DNA from: the human T2T-CHM13v2.0 reference genome, Homo sapiens
Direction: 5' to 3' (one strand)
DNA length: 64,000 nt
NCBI RefSeq assembly: GCF_009914755.1
Contig: NC_060931.1
Part shown: piece by piece, positions 14,717 to 29,269 of the stretch
Layout: the number at the start of each line of letters is the position of its first letter
Position numbering within the stretch: the first letter of the stretch is position 1
Notes under the pieces: generated by a model
Database searches by the model: none
What the model was told of the DNA's origin: nothing
Seen by the model: only the letters and a program-made list of their open reading frames with translations
Position numbers and translations under genes: made by a program

Positions 14717-17214
14717 CCTTAGAATCTTAAAAAATATATTTTCGCCATAACCCTAAATAGATGGCCACTTCTTCTCCCTGGCTTTTTCAGAGATAGGGGT
14801 CTACCCTTTCCATGCACCCCCATTTTTGGGTAGTTGCGCTGGAGCCAGCCCTCCCTGTATCTGAATTATGTGTGATAATATTGTGAATGCCTCTGTTAGT
14901 CAGGCATACATTTAGAAAGCATCTTTACATATTTGTAGCAAGTCTACGCATTTTTTCTCACATGGACACAAGGTAGTGGAGAATTTCCACCTTGCCTTAG
15001 GGTTTACGCTTGTGTCATTTGTTCTTCTCTAGTGGCCAATAGAGCAGCATGCCTATTCTGATTTAGCATTAAACTCTGTCTTTCAGCCTAATTCTCCTTG
15101 AGTTCATCAAGGAAAAGTATTTAAATGCTTGAAAAGAAAACAGAAGAAGTCGTGTCCCAAATTTTCACTTCTCTTCATTCTTCTAAGCAACTTTCAAGTT
15201 GGTTTAGAAATTAGTCTAAATGCCAATCCTGGTTTTCCACTGATTTGTAGTGGTTAAGGAGCTAATGTCAAAGCTTTATATGTCTCAGTCTCCTTTCTTC
15301 AAATGGGGTTGAATTGATTCTTCTTACTTGGGAGGATCAAATAATGATAACCATAAAGTTTTGAAAAATATAAAGTGCTCCAAATTAAGGTGGTGATATT
15401 TGTGATAACACTTGAAGATGCAACCTAAAGTCCCTAAACATGGTGTCTTCCTAAGTGTTGAAGTTAGTATATACAAAAACCATCATTTCACAAATCTAAA
15501 CTACTCAAACTGTCTGCTACTCAGAAGGTGAAAGAAAGGGCATAAAGACATTGGCTTTAATAATGTTAAATCTGCCAGGTCTTCTGTTTGCTAGTGGAGA
15601 AGTACAAATAGAGAAATGGTAATGCTAAGAGATTGTGCGGGGAAGGCAAGGGAAAAACAGGTCATAACCTGTTAACCTGCCCTTAGTATGTTGGATTCCA
15701 TTGATTAGAGAAAAGAAACACCTTGAGAAGACAAAGTGCCTCAGGTTGATTGTATTCACTCTTATTTCTATGCTGCTGTTCTTGACAGACCTGCCTTGGT
15801 AAATGCATGTATTTTTTTAAAGTAGCACAGATTTTTGGAACAAGATGGTGAAGGTTGAGCTAAAGTTAAGTGCAAACTGTACATTATAATCCATTTGTTT
15901 ATTTGGTTTTTCAATCCCAAATGAACCATTGAGCTCAGAAAAGAGCAAAGTGGGTTGACAAATTGATTTTTTTGGAAAAGGACAAAAGTTCATTTGGTAC
16001 AGTCGGAAAGAAAGTGCTGCCAGATTTACTGTGTAACTACTGCAAATGTGGGTTTATATAATTTTTGAGATTCATACATAGTCAATTACCAAGGTCTTTG
16101 ATTCACTTTGTAAACACTGATCAGTCAATAAAGTACAGAGAGATGAATTGGCTTGAGTTACATTTTCCATACTCAGAATGGTAAAATCTAGAATAGAAAT
16201 CCAGTGGCTCAAATTGGCTACAATTTCTGAGTGCCTACTCTGTCTCAATTGTGGAAAAATTTTTTTAAAGACTATATCTTTTCATAAGTGGCCTTAAGAA
16301 CAAAAGCATATGGAAAGTAAAATACTAATACAAATATTTAAAGACTAGCTAAAGAGAACAATTGATGAGCTGTAGCTGACAGTGTGTTATTGATTATCAA
16401 CATGAATTATAGATATTCAAGGAGGGAATTGTCGCTTTTAAGCTAGGGTTCTCAGGAAAGGGTATCATGAGGGAAGTAAAATTTGAGCATGAAATTCATG
16501 ATTGAATAAAAATATGGATAGTGAAGATGTAGATTAAAAAGAATGAGTAAAAATGTAGAGGTAGAAAGTTGTAAGACATATTTGAGAGGTGATAAAATAT
16601 TTTTATGTAGGATGCTGTGGTATGATCAGCTTGAAAGGAAGGTTAATGGTTTCTAGATCAAAAAATTAAATGAGAACAGACTTAGATACTCAACACATTT
16701 ATGTCTGGGAAGGAGGAAGAAGCATGGATATGTCATGTGTGATACCTCCAGCTTTGCTGGCTCAAGCAGGTATACAGCCATAGTATTATTATGTGGCGTA
16801 AGATGAAACTTTGAATATTATCTCTCCAACCAGCTCACTTTATAGAGAAACAAAGCTCATAGAGCTTCAGTCTCAGTCTCCTAGGTCTCATTCCAGGTCA
16901 CTATTTGCCAAGGGTTTGTGAAGGAAAACAGTTAAAGGGTCAAGGTAAGCGATGATCATTGCAGATCAGAGGTAGGAAATCTGCTGGAGTATGTTGTACC
17001 CCGAAATCACCCAATACCTGTAGGATGAAGAGAAACATCACTGAGTTGCAGCGATGGCCCAACTGAAATGAATGCAAATCTTTAGGATATACACGACATG
17101 CTCCCTTTCTCCCACAAAGCACTGAATCTCAAGAACACAAAACAGAAAGCAGGTGATAGGTGTGATTCAAGGTTGAAGATGGGTGTGACAAGCCTGGTGG
17201 AACTTTAAAGAAGC

Positions 17215-17345
17215 AAGAAAGTCTAAACTATCAATTCCAGGAAGGCAAAGACCTTTTCTGTCTTGTTCACTGTTATACCCCAGTGTCTAGAACAGTACCT
17301 GGCACATAGTAGCTGTGCGGTAAATATTTATTGTATATTGATTGT
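17215..17345 (+). mobile_element. L2 3' end fragment
   Basis: ctgtcttgttcactgttataccccagtgtctagaacagtacctggcacatagtag. Confidence 0.75.
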
Positions 17346-18028
17346 ATAAATGTTTTTGTGAGGCCTCACTGAAGTAGCTGAATCATGAAATTTACAGTGG
17401 GTGCAAAATGATGGCTAGTCAGAGAGGACCTGTCTAATAATGGTTTTGAGTGTTCCAAGACTAGAGTTCCTTGCGAGAGCAGAGAAATGATGATGTTGTG
17501 AATGAGGATACAGTGGGTTAGAGGAGGAAGATGTGTAATGAAGAAGGTACAATATAAGAGAAGAAACTAAGATATTGAAGAAAAGTATGCAATGATGCTG
17601 TCGAGGATACAGCCATCCTGAGTTACGAATTTTACAAAGCACTAACAATAAATTAACAGAGATGAAATAAGCATTTGGAAGGCTAATTCAAATGAGATCT
17701 TTTGTGACTTGATAATTCTATGATTTAAACCAAACAGGTTGTAAACCGAAGGCATAGGTAATTTTTAGGATTATTTCTTACCTAAGGTTATATGATCCAA
17801 TGAATCAATGTGGCAATCACTGATAATAGTCCTCTCAGAACTTCTTTGGGGCACTCTTGTTTGTTCCCTGAAATGGGAAACAAATCCTAGAGAGAAATAG
17901 TGGATTAGTCCTATTATAGTGGTTAAGTGTATGCACTTTGAAATTCCATAAAATGGGGATTATACTAGCTACCTCACAGATCTGTTACCCAGATAAAGTA
18001 AAATTACTTATATTTTAATGGCCCAGCA

Positions 18029-18900
18029 GAGCTATCAGCCATGAAAAGACTTGAAGGAAACTTAAATGTGTGTTGTTAAGTGGAATAAGCCAATCAGAAA
18101 AGGCTACAGACATACTGTATGATTCCAACTATATGATATTCTGGAAAACTCAAAGCTGTAGAGACATAAAAACATCAGTGATTGCCAGGGTTTTGGAGTA
18201 AGGAGAGGGACGGGATAAATGAGTGGAGCAGGTGGGGTTTTTAGGGCAGTGAAGCTATTCTGTATGATGCTACTATGGTGAATACATGACATTCGGTATT
18301 TGGTGAAACCTATGAAACTGTGCAACAAAGAGTGAACCTTAATGTAAACTATGAACTTTAGTTAATCATAATGCATGAATACTGGTTTGTCAATTGGAAC
18401 AAATGTACCACACTACTGCAAGATGTTCCTAAGTTTCCTAGGGCTGCCATAACAAAGTACCACACACTAGTTGGTCTATAATAACAGTAATTTCTTGTCC
18501 CACTGTTACGGAGAGTTGAAGTTTGAAATGGAGGTGTCAGCATGGCCAGGCTCCCTCTGAATGCACTGGGGAAGGGTTTGTCCCATTTCTCTTTCTCAGC
18601 TTTCTGGTGGCCTTAGGTCTTCCTTGTCTCCATTTTCTCATGGCATCTCACCATGTCTTCACATTATCTCCCCTCTGTGTTTGTCTGTCTCTGTGCCAAA
18701 TTTCCCCTTTTCATAAGGACACCATCATATTGGATAAGGGACCACCCTAATCACCTCATCGTGACTACATCTGCAAAGACTCTATCTCCAAATGCAGGAG
18801 AAAATGTGGGCAGGAGTTGGGGAGGGGGGAATATATGAAAACTCTGTACTCTCTATTCGCTTTTTTTCTGCTCTAAGAAATAAGTCTATTCATTAAAAAT
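18029..18900 (+). mobile_element. L1MC-type 3' fragment interrupted by an MLT1 LTR
   Basis: agccatgaaaagac...tactgtatgattccaactata...aatgtaaactatg...aacaaatgtaccacac; resumes after 18797 (aatatatgaaaactctgtac). Confidence 0.8.
18427..18797 (-). mobile_element. MLT1C-like LTR nested in L1MC
   Basis: tttcctagggctgccataacaaagtaccac...taaggacacc..catattgga...catctgcaaagac. Confidence 0.82.
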
Positions 18901-19702
18901 GTTAAAGGCTTAAAAAACAGCCTGCCACATAGTACATATTCAATAAATGTTAGTTCCTTTTGGATGCTGCATTAACTTATTCAGTGCCCCTGACACAACA
19001 GATTTTATTCTTCTTGCATTCCAAGATCAATACTGGCACTGCCCAAAAAGTAGATAAGACTTAGCTTCTTCCACATGGCCTTGTCCCTAAGTGTTGAGTG
19101 CTGGGTTAGCCACCTGCTCACAAACATCTCCTGCCTTGACTGCATTTACACACGTGCTCATGCACAGGTGACACAGGTGAGCATACCCACACACACCTAA
19201 AATGGCTTATCTGCCACCAACACTGACCCAAACAAAAGCAGAAACTTACTAGTTCCCCTTATAAAGGCATCACAGGAAATATCTATAGTGAGGGCTACAT
19301 GCCCATAGAGGGAAAAAGAAAAACAGCAAAAAAGAATATAAAACATAATACATTTCTTGGTTGAAAGATGCACATCAGCTATTGAACTAAATTTTTAAAG
19401 GAAACGAGCCATAAATTGATTTTAATAAATATAAATATACTTTCATTTCCGACATAGGGTGGGAGACAGAGAAGAAAAAAAAGTCACAAAGAAAGAGAAA
19501 ATTTTTTTTAATGTCAGAAGAAATACCACTCAATATTCTGCCTTTGAAAAGAGGCAGAGAAAAAAAAGCAAGGAGGAAGGAAAGGAAAGAGAGGAAAGTC
19601 CCGGAAGCCCTGGCGTGGTGGTAAGATGCAGGACACGCCTCTCGTCACATCATGCCAATCCCCTGGGCCGCAGGCTCGTGGCTTTGTTCAAAAAGAAGGG
19701 CA

Positions 19703-19997
<295 letters not shown>

Positions 19998-20028
19998 GGA
20001 AGGGCAGTGTGTTTGGTGATTTGAAATC

Positions 20029-20412
<384 letters not shown>

Positions 20413-23329
20413 TGAGAATCCATATTGAAAACACAGACATATCCATAGGTAATGACATCTGCCTCTGTTAAGGTTTTTGTTTTTCCCCTCTTTACAAAAG
20501 AAGTCACCTCAGTAAATTTTTCAATAGCATGACCACAGTCCCTCCTCCAGCACAAAAATTTAGATTTTCATAAAACTCTCCGAGAACGCATCATCTGTCA
20601 CTAACATCAATACTTAGCTCTTTCACACTACTCTATTTGTGACACCCAGAGCCTCACGACTGATGGAATCACCCTGTCTTGACTTTTCATCCCTTCATTG
20701 GTTGAGAGTTTGTTTCCTAACCAATGTTGCTGAAAAGAATTCAGCACTGAGTAGGGGTAGGGCAGGAAATGAGGGATTACTGCCTGGGGACTGGGGACGT
20801 AGAAGAGAAAAAAAAAATCACTTACCATTCTACCTAGACATGTCTCCTCTTACAAAGGAAAGATGCTAGAGAAGGGCTGAAAAGCTCTGTGATATAAGGG
20901 TGCAGGGATGAAGGAGGATCTCCAGCCCCATCCTGGGTTGATACCGAGAGCCATTTTCATAAACACATACACCTTTTCTCCCCCACACAAGACACACACA
21001 CCACTGAGAGTCATACCACATGGTACACAGATGTGGTTTTGTGCTTTCCTCTAAGCTACACCCACTCGTGTGCACAAAGCCTCACCTAGAAAAGCACTGG
21101 TCTGTAGGAAATGGCACACACTCTCTCTCTCCCTCTGGGTGCCCCCACATGTATACTCAGCAGCATTCAAATGGCAGGTAGTTTTTCTATGGCTGGGAAA
21201 GAAAAAGTGCTCAAGTAAGCAAGAGAAGGTGAGGAGTGGGAGAAGAGAATGGGTAGGAGAAAAAGAATTTGCGTGGGTTAAGAGCCAGTGAGGATGGTCA
21301 GCCAAACTGACCTCACGATGTTAGTTTCACTTCCCTTTTAAGTATTCCAAGACACTGCCCGGCTCTGCAGACCATGTGCATCTCCAGCCTGCTTGGAGAT
21401 ATTCATTTCACTGCTCATTAGCACCTCTACCAGAGGTATAGGCTGAGAACCACTGTTGCTGACAAACAGCCAGAATGACTACTTAAATTTGATGAGGTAG
21501 GAGCAAAAACCAGACAGAGGCTTAGAGGATGCTCTTCAAGCTACTTGGATAAATTTTAAAAGGTAAAATTGTTTGCTTATAGACGGACCTCTTTTTCCCA
21601 TGTCTGTTTGCTATTGCTATAGTTATTCAAGAGGCACTTTATATGCAACAAAAGACCACATGGAAGGAAGAGAAGAGTCTACTCTCCCACTGCACCTGGC
21701 ATTCGAGTCCAGGAGTTTAGACCCTACTGCCCACAGGGCTGTCCTCACACACTCCTGCCCTGTGGTCAGAACAGGAGCCTACCCCAGGGAGAAGGGCCCT
21801 GGGATGCCCTCTTAGGGAACTCTCAAATCACTTTTTCTTTTTCCATTCAGATAATTACAGACTAGATTGGAAAGTGTAGAAAAATTTCTTTATGGTCGAT
21901 GAAATAATAAGAAGGAAAATGGGTTGTTTCCTTCATAACTAGCAAAGCCTAGGGAAGTACTCTTGGTAAGAGTAAGATAGATAAACATCAAAAATTTAAA
22001 ACCCCAAATAAACACCAAGATTTGAATTTCTAAAGATTTATAAGCAGCATTAATAATACCCTAGAGGATAAAAAAGGGGAAAAATTCAAACATTGTATAG
22101 TTTTGCTTTTGTTGGCTGAACTTTTATTTTTGTTTTTGTGGGGTTTTTTTAGAGGGGAAAAAACCTTTGAAAATAAAATAATTGGACAATTTATTTAAGA
22201 AGGTTTCTGAACTTGGCTTCAAAATCTAAGTTTTGTTTTTTGCTCCTTCAAACAAAGATGCCTTCAGGTGTGATGGCTTTAGGTTTTGTACAGCTCCTTA
22301 TTTTTTCACACAGGGCAAATGGCTCGTCTCATGTGCACATAAAGGGCTGGAAAATATTTCTGTGATTCGAGCGCAGCAGAGAGTCTAGGATTCCAGAGGA
22401 AGTGGAGGCCTCCCATTCCGCACAGGAAACAATCTTCAAGCAGGCCTTAAATGCCAGATTCCAGGCTGAGTTTAACTAACCACTGACAGCTCTGTAAACA
22501 AAGCAAGGACAAAAAGAGCCCGCTTCCCCCTTTCTGGTAGTCATTTTGGGTTTGGGGGCTGCAGGGGAATTCTGGAATACTTGACTCCATGGCACAGAAA
22601 CGCAGGGGAAACGGGCTCCTCATTTAAAGAGCTGGAAGGGGAAGGTCTTTCCGGAATTAAAACCATCACAGAGGAGGTAGGAAAGGGTAAAATGGTTGGG
22701 TTACATCTGTAGAAAAGCAGTGATTTTAGAGCTTGGAAAACAGCTTGATCACCACTTAACTGCTTTTAAAAATGTTGCTTCATGATGTTTATTCATGATG
22801 TTACTGCTGCAGTCTTTATTAAAATCCTGATGCTTCTTTGAGAATATGCACATTATATGCCTAGACACTGTATTATTTTATTTCTCGCTTTCACTTTTCT
22901 CCTAGTTCCTACATATACCTCTTCTTGCCACTTTTCTTTTCTGTTTGTCATTCCTGTTTTCCTCCTCCTTTGTTCACTTTTTCATAACTTTGGTCTGGGG
23001 TTCAGAAAGTTACAAAGAGCAAAATCATTCAGTAGAATTTCAAGTGATTCTACCAATATTTCAAGTCTTCAAAACCTCTCTGTCTCCGGAGGTCTTTTTT
23101 AAAGAATAAATAATCTTGGGATCTTACTTATTTGTCTCTAGGAGATTCATGAATGAGACTGAATTTAACTCGGCTCAGGAGTCAGAAATTGATCACTGGC
23201 TACCTTATCAGCTTTCTAAGAGTAAAGAAAAATCAGGAGAATGACAAATGGGAAAGAGGGCCCATAGTAACTCAGGAGAAGTAACACACTGAGTTATCAA
23301 TGATATTGACTCTACCTCCTCTCTTTCAG

Positions 23330-23370
23330 GTCCAGACATCATCTGGTCTCCCTGAACCTGAAATCACACC
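23330..23370 (+). other. CALD1: 5'UTR portion (41 nt) of the CALD1 ATG exon; upstream non-coding exons lie outside the window
   Basis: Polypyrimidine tract tctacctcctctctttcag directly precedes it, and there is no ATG between the acceptor and the start codon. Confidence 0.9.
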
Positions 23371-23441
23371 ATGGATGATTTTGAGCGTCGCAGAGAACTT
23401 AGAAGGCAAAAGAGGGAGGAGATGCGACTCGAAGCAGAAAG
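23371..23441 (+). CDS. CALD1: Caldesmon, first coding exon of fibroblast(WI-38)/smooth-muscle-type isoforms (partial CDS, phase-2 end)
   Basis: Translates MDDFERRRELRRQKREEMRLEAE+AG, the known caldesmon N-terminus. Strong Kozak accATGG, acceptor ctctttcAG at 23328-23329, donor AG|GTAAGG at 23442. Confidence 0.97.
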
Positions 23442-24429
23442 GTAAGGATCTAGGGTGAAAAATACTTGTATTCCCTTATTAACAACCTTGGTTTCAGGCC
23501 TCAAAGACCATCCTTTTGAGAGGCCAAATGTGGTCATATCGCACACCAAACTGTTCGCAAAAGTAGTTATGGAAAATTTTTCTGCTAAGACTCTAAATTA
23601 AGCATTTAAAAAAGGAAAACAAACAAGAATCAAGAAAAAGAGAGATTTGAGGGGAATCAATTGATAACTGCATATTGATAATTGCATTTAATCAATACCT
23701 TTCACATTGGAATGTTTTAAATGACAAAAGTAATGTGTGAATGAAGGTTTAAAAAGCTTATATAATAAGAAATGACAAAAAAATGTCAAGTATTGAATAT
23801 TGGAACCACTTAGGACATGAGAGTCTTCAATCTAAAAAATATAAAGGCAAAAAGCCCTGGATGAATCTTGTGAAAAATTTTCATTCTTATTAGAAAAGTA
23901 TCCAACTCTAGGGATCTGCATAGTACAGGTTAATAACGGGCTATGTTACCGAGGAGATTCTGGGTGTAACTGGAAGCTGTTAATGTCGTGTGAGGCCTCT
24001 ACAGTGGTGGCTATGAGGTCAAATTGGGGAGATAAAGCATTGGCATATAAAACCTGGGGCATAAATACATATTTTAACATTTTAGGCCTCAGAACAAAGG
24101 ACAGTGTGGTATTTGATGCGACTTAAATCAGATGTTCTTTTGAGAAAGCAGGTTAGGCATTCACAGAGAGAAAAATGTTAAACAATGACCTTAAAATCAA
24201 ATCGATTTTTTTCCCAGTAACTCCAATGCTCAGATGAAAAATGACACTTTAACGATACCACAGCACAAAACTGGAAACTTACACCTATAATGAAAAGTAT
24301 TGTTCTTATGTTCTACTTATTTGCATGGAGAATGCAAAAGCAAAAGATAAAATAACTGCCTATGATGAACCGGGCCAGAGTCAGCTGGCATTCATGAAAT
24401 GACTAAACATGTCCACAAGGCACTATGGA

Positions 24430-24650
24430 TGGTACCTGCATTCTGTTGGTTCAAATCCTAGCTCTGCCATTTGCAAGCTGTGTGGCCCTGAGCAAATGAT
24501 TTCTCTTTAAGCCATAGTTGCCTTATATATAAAACAGGCATAATATCTACATAGCCTGTGTGATTGTTGGGAAGATTATTGAGCTTCATAAATAGCCTAG
24601 TCAGGTACCTAGCACATAGTAGTTTTTCATAAATGATAGTTTTTCATAAA
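24430..24650 (+). mobile_element. MIR SINE
   Basis: ggttcaaatcctagctctgccatttgcaagctgtgtggccctgagcaa. Confidence 0.75.
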
Positions 24651-26295
24651 TGATAGCTATTATTATTATTAACCATTATCACTAGCCAAACAAGAAATAG
24701 CATAGCAGCATAGCCAGAGCTAAACAATCATGCCAAGAGAAGGAAAGGTAGTCATTATCCTGCAATGGAACTAGTCAGAAAAAGTTTCTTGGTGGAGGTG
24801 AGCCATGGAGGAGGTAATGATGGCAATGAAGAGGGAAACGGAGCCTGTCTAGGTGAAGGAATGACACCGGCAAAAGTGCAGAAGTGGAAATAAGAATCCT
24901 GGTGCAAGAAACCTGTTGAGTGTTTAAGGGAAAATGGATTGGACTGGTATATCTTGGCTGTTCCTATTTGCCATACAAGGAATAGACAGAGACTTAACAA
25001 GGGAGTTATGTGCGATGACACTATGCTGGAGAAACTTATCTACAGTGGACTAGAATATGGGGATACCAGCACTGGAAGAGATAGTATGGTAATGAGGGCC
25101 TGAATCAGGTCAGTGAGTATGGAAATGAAGAAAGATCAAATATGAGAGTCTTTACAGAGGGAGAATTAGCAAACCTTTTAGGAGAGCAAAGAACTTATAG
25201 ACGGTTCCAAAGAATATACATCTGAGGAGCTGGAAGGAAAGTCTCTGCTTTGTCCTAAATGGAGGATTTCCTTCTTGAATCGTCAGAGAGGAGCAGTGTT
25301 TAATTTCAGGTAGAAACCACATCCAAAAGGGGATTTCCTGCAGGCATGTGGAGATAGGAAATTTCACTCTTTGTTCAAAAAGGGAGAGAAATTATTATTA
25401 GAGTAATAAATTTGGGCAGACACAGTATGGTGGTGCTAGTACAAAAGCTGAGGGGATATTCCCAAAAAAGCAAGTGTAGAAAAAGTGAGCGGTCATCAAG
25501 GTATAATGGAAGCCATCAAAGAAGACAACGTACCAGGGAGATGGGGGAGAACCAGGGAGAGTATGAGGCCCAATGTTGAGTGGACATGGTGGACATGGAA
25601 GTCTTGCGGGCAGTGGCCGGGCTCAGTGAACCACACCTCTTATTCCTTCCAATGCTGTGTTATTTCACCTCAGGTTCTCATGATAGTCTACAAAATATCT
25701 TCATCCAACAACTATTTATTAAGCACTAACCAGGTTTAAGTGTGCCAGGATGGGAAAAATAATGGTGGTAAAGAAGTAGACATGGTTCTTGCCTTTATAT
25801 ACCTCACAGCATGCTAGGAAACCAAAGTGTAACAGAATCAGGAAGCAGACAGGCCAGGGTGTAGGGGCAGACCTGATAGAGTTGTGGCTAGAGAGGCTCA
25901 GGACTGAGGATGTAGACACTGGGCATCAGGCTAGATTGCCATTGTCAGCTTCTTTCCTTTCCACGTGAACAGGGGGTCAGGGAATCATTGACAGAGGTGT
26001 GACAGAACTAAATTGCTGTGGTTAGAGCCATACTGTCATTAGAGTGAATAAACCCAGTTTCTTCAGGTTCAGGACTTTGCTTAAGAATTGACCGCACGGC
26101 TACGTGGTTCGTTCCTTTGACTTTTTTGTTTTGTGTGGAAGAATTTGTCTTCTTTTAATGTCAGATGTAAAAGGAATGTACACAGTAAGTCTTAGTTATG
26201 TACCCTGAATAACCTAAAATAAACTTACGCAAATTAATCCTAACCTTGTTTAATTTATATTTCTGTCTGTATTACTTCTTTTGGGATATTATATT

Positions 26296-26402
26296 GTTTT
26301 CTTTTCTGTTTTTTATTTCTTCTTTCCTTCCTTTTCTTTCTTGCTTCCATTCATTTCCTTCCTTCCTCTCTCTCTCTCTCTCTCGCTCTTTCTTTCTTCT
26401 TA
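26296..26402 (+). repeat. CT-rich low-complexity polypyrimidine tract
   Basis: About 100 nt of nearly pure T/C, including (CT)n. Confidence 0.85.
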
Positions 26403-27723
26403 AGAGTAGTACTTACATAATTCCTTATACTTGTACTAAGTTTACCTTTCCATGTTTCAAGGTGAGCCTTCTAGTTCTGCTATTCTGAGATTTGGTAAGC
26501 CCATGACCACCCTTCAGGATTTTGTAAAATCTGATCATTTATGGGAATAGTGAAAGTCAGGCTTCATGGTTCAGCCAGCTCTGGTGGGAAAGTGCAGGGT
26601 GTGTGCAGGAAACAGGTGGCCAGAAGCTGAAATCAAGGCCATCTAAAATCATGGTTTTGATCTGAAGACAAAGAGCACATGAGACCCTGAGCAAGTCCCT
26701 CTTCCTTTAGCTCCAGACCTTGGCTTCCTCCTCTAAAATAAGACTAGCCATTTTCTCTGGGGTATTGGTGGTCACTTTAATTTTTTTCTCGCTTTTGGTA
26801 TTATTGATTTTTCTTTACTACGATCATATGTTACTTTATTTAAAGCCAAATAAAAATGAAGGCAATTTTCTGTTTTGAAAAAAAATAATTCTATGGCCCT
26901 ATGCAGTATACCTGAGCCCAGATGGGAGAAGACTTAACTTCTCTTTGAATTTAGGGAACTAAAAGAAAGATTTCATCCCTGATCTGGAGGGCAGTTACCA
27001 ACTACTGGAAATAGAGTGGCTCCAAGGCTCAGAGCTGCAGATTCATTTACTTACTCTCAACACATTTTTACTGGGCATCTATTCCACTACAAGCTCTATT
27101 TTGGGTACTGAGAATAGACCCACAGAGTAACAGTGTTGGGAAGTGTGTGCTTAGTGCTTTACAACCTATCTAAAATGAAAAAAAGATCAAGAAATTATAC
27201 TTTTGTATCCTCAAACATAACATGTACCCCGTATGGGTTCATACTTATTAGAGATGACCCACAGCCTTTGTACACCTGACCCCTGCAGACAGTGTGGGGG
27301 ATGGGGTATACTACAGAGAAGAGAAAGTCCATTGACTTTCCTTACCCATAAAAGCTTTTCAAATAAAAATACCCTGTTATTTTTATTTAATTAGTATTGA
27401 GTCTGATTGCCAGATGCAGTTTTACTTTGAAATGATAAATAATTTAAAACTTGTACTTTTACCCGGTGTTATAACCACAGATTAAAATAAAGCGAATTTT
27501 TACACATTTTATTCTTCAGAAACAGACCTTTTCAAAGACTATTTTGCAAGCTAATTGAAGGCTTTGTGCCATGCTGGCTTGCATGTGCTTAGGACTGGCA
27601 TTTATTCACTGCATCCGAGCTGTCCTGAGACTCTGTCGTCCACATATCTCCTTCTAAGGGTTTTAGCCCAGTTCATTTCAAATAACCTCGACTGCAAACG
27701 TAGTACATCAAAAACGTTCTTCC

Positions 27724-28006
27724 AGCTGGGCGCAGTGGCCCACGCCTGTAATCCCAGCACTTTGGGAGGCTGAGGTGGGTGGTCAGGAGTTCGAGACCAC
27801 CCTGGCCAACATGGAGAAACCCCGTCTGTACTAAAAATACAAAAAGTAGCTAGGCATGGTGGTGGGTGCCTGTAATCCCAGCTACTCTGGAGGCTGAGGT
27901 AAGGAGAATCGCTTGAACCTGGGAGGCAGAGGGTGCAGTGAGCCGAGATTACGCCACTGCACCCCAGCCTAAGTGATGGAGTGAGCCTCGGTCTCAAAAA
28001 AAAAAA
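27724..28006 (+). mobile_element. AluS with small left-monomer deletion
   Basis: Alu dimer lacking the gatcacctga segment near 27780; A11 tail. Confidence 0.92.
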
Positions 28007-28524
28007 CTTCCTTCTTTGTCTTGCCCCTTAGCCTGTGCAACTTTTATGCCATTACCTCGTCCTTCCTTGTCTTCCATTTGGCTTTCTCACTCTGAGTTCT
28101 TGAGATAAGGTCTTTAGATTTGGCAAAAAGGAAGGAAGTACTTCATTTTGTCATAAAAAGAAATACAGATGCTGAATACCTACAAAATGCAAGATACTAT
28201 ACCGAACCATAGGAATCAGTGGTCACCAGTAGAGACAGTATCCCAGTAGTCACTAAGCTCCTATTCTAAGGGAATTAGTAACTTTAGAGCAATCGTGACC
28301 AAAAGAGGGAGAAAAAAAATTCAGTAGGCAGAATGGAATGAGCAGTAATCAGTGAAAATCCTTAATGCATTGTTTCTAAGCAAAAGGCACTATTTGCTCA
28401 CATCTCAAATTAAACTGTATTTTAAAAGCAATTACTCATTTGAACAAACAGATAAAAATTTAGTTTTGCTGTTTATTATTCTCCACCAATCTCAGGGGAG
28501 TAAAAAGTTAAATAGATACATTCT

Positions 28525-28854
<330 letters not shown>

Positions 28855-29269
28855 CACTATATTCTGCTTCCCTTTCTGTTTCTTTTATTTCAATCCCTCT
28901 CCTCTGCCTTCATCTCTGTTTTCCTTGGTGCACCTTCATGTGCCTCTTCCCCGGTCCACGTGCATCTTCATCAACACTTGATTTGTTTGTTTCTGTGTCT
29001 CTTCCCATCTGCACTCCTAATCTGTCTGCTCTGAATTATGTGTGGATGTGCTGTTGCATCACCAGGAAATACATACTTCTGGCCAGGAAAGAGGGAGAGA
29101 GAAACCCAGTTCTCTTCCTGTTCAGCAAGTATAAAAAAGTGCTAGACATTTTATGTGTGTCTAGTAAAGACGGACCGCCGCCGGCCCCAGAATTAGCTAT
29201 GTCTGAATGGAACATTTTTGCTCTATATGAATGAGGCAACCCCAAGACACATAATGATGGCAGGCAGTA

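Noticed and set aside
23330-23441. Possible single-exon circRNA promoted by flanking inverted Alus
   Set aside because: The exon is only 112 nt, the nearest upstream Alus should preferentially pair with each other, and there is no direct sequence evidence.
24620-24656. Short perfect tandem duplications (17-bp here; ~14-bp at about 34866-34893)
   Set aside because: Ordinary replication-slippage duplications with no sign of function.
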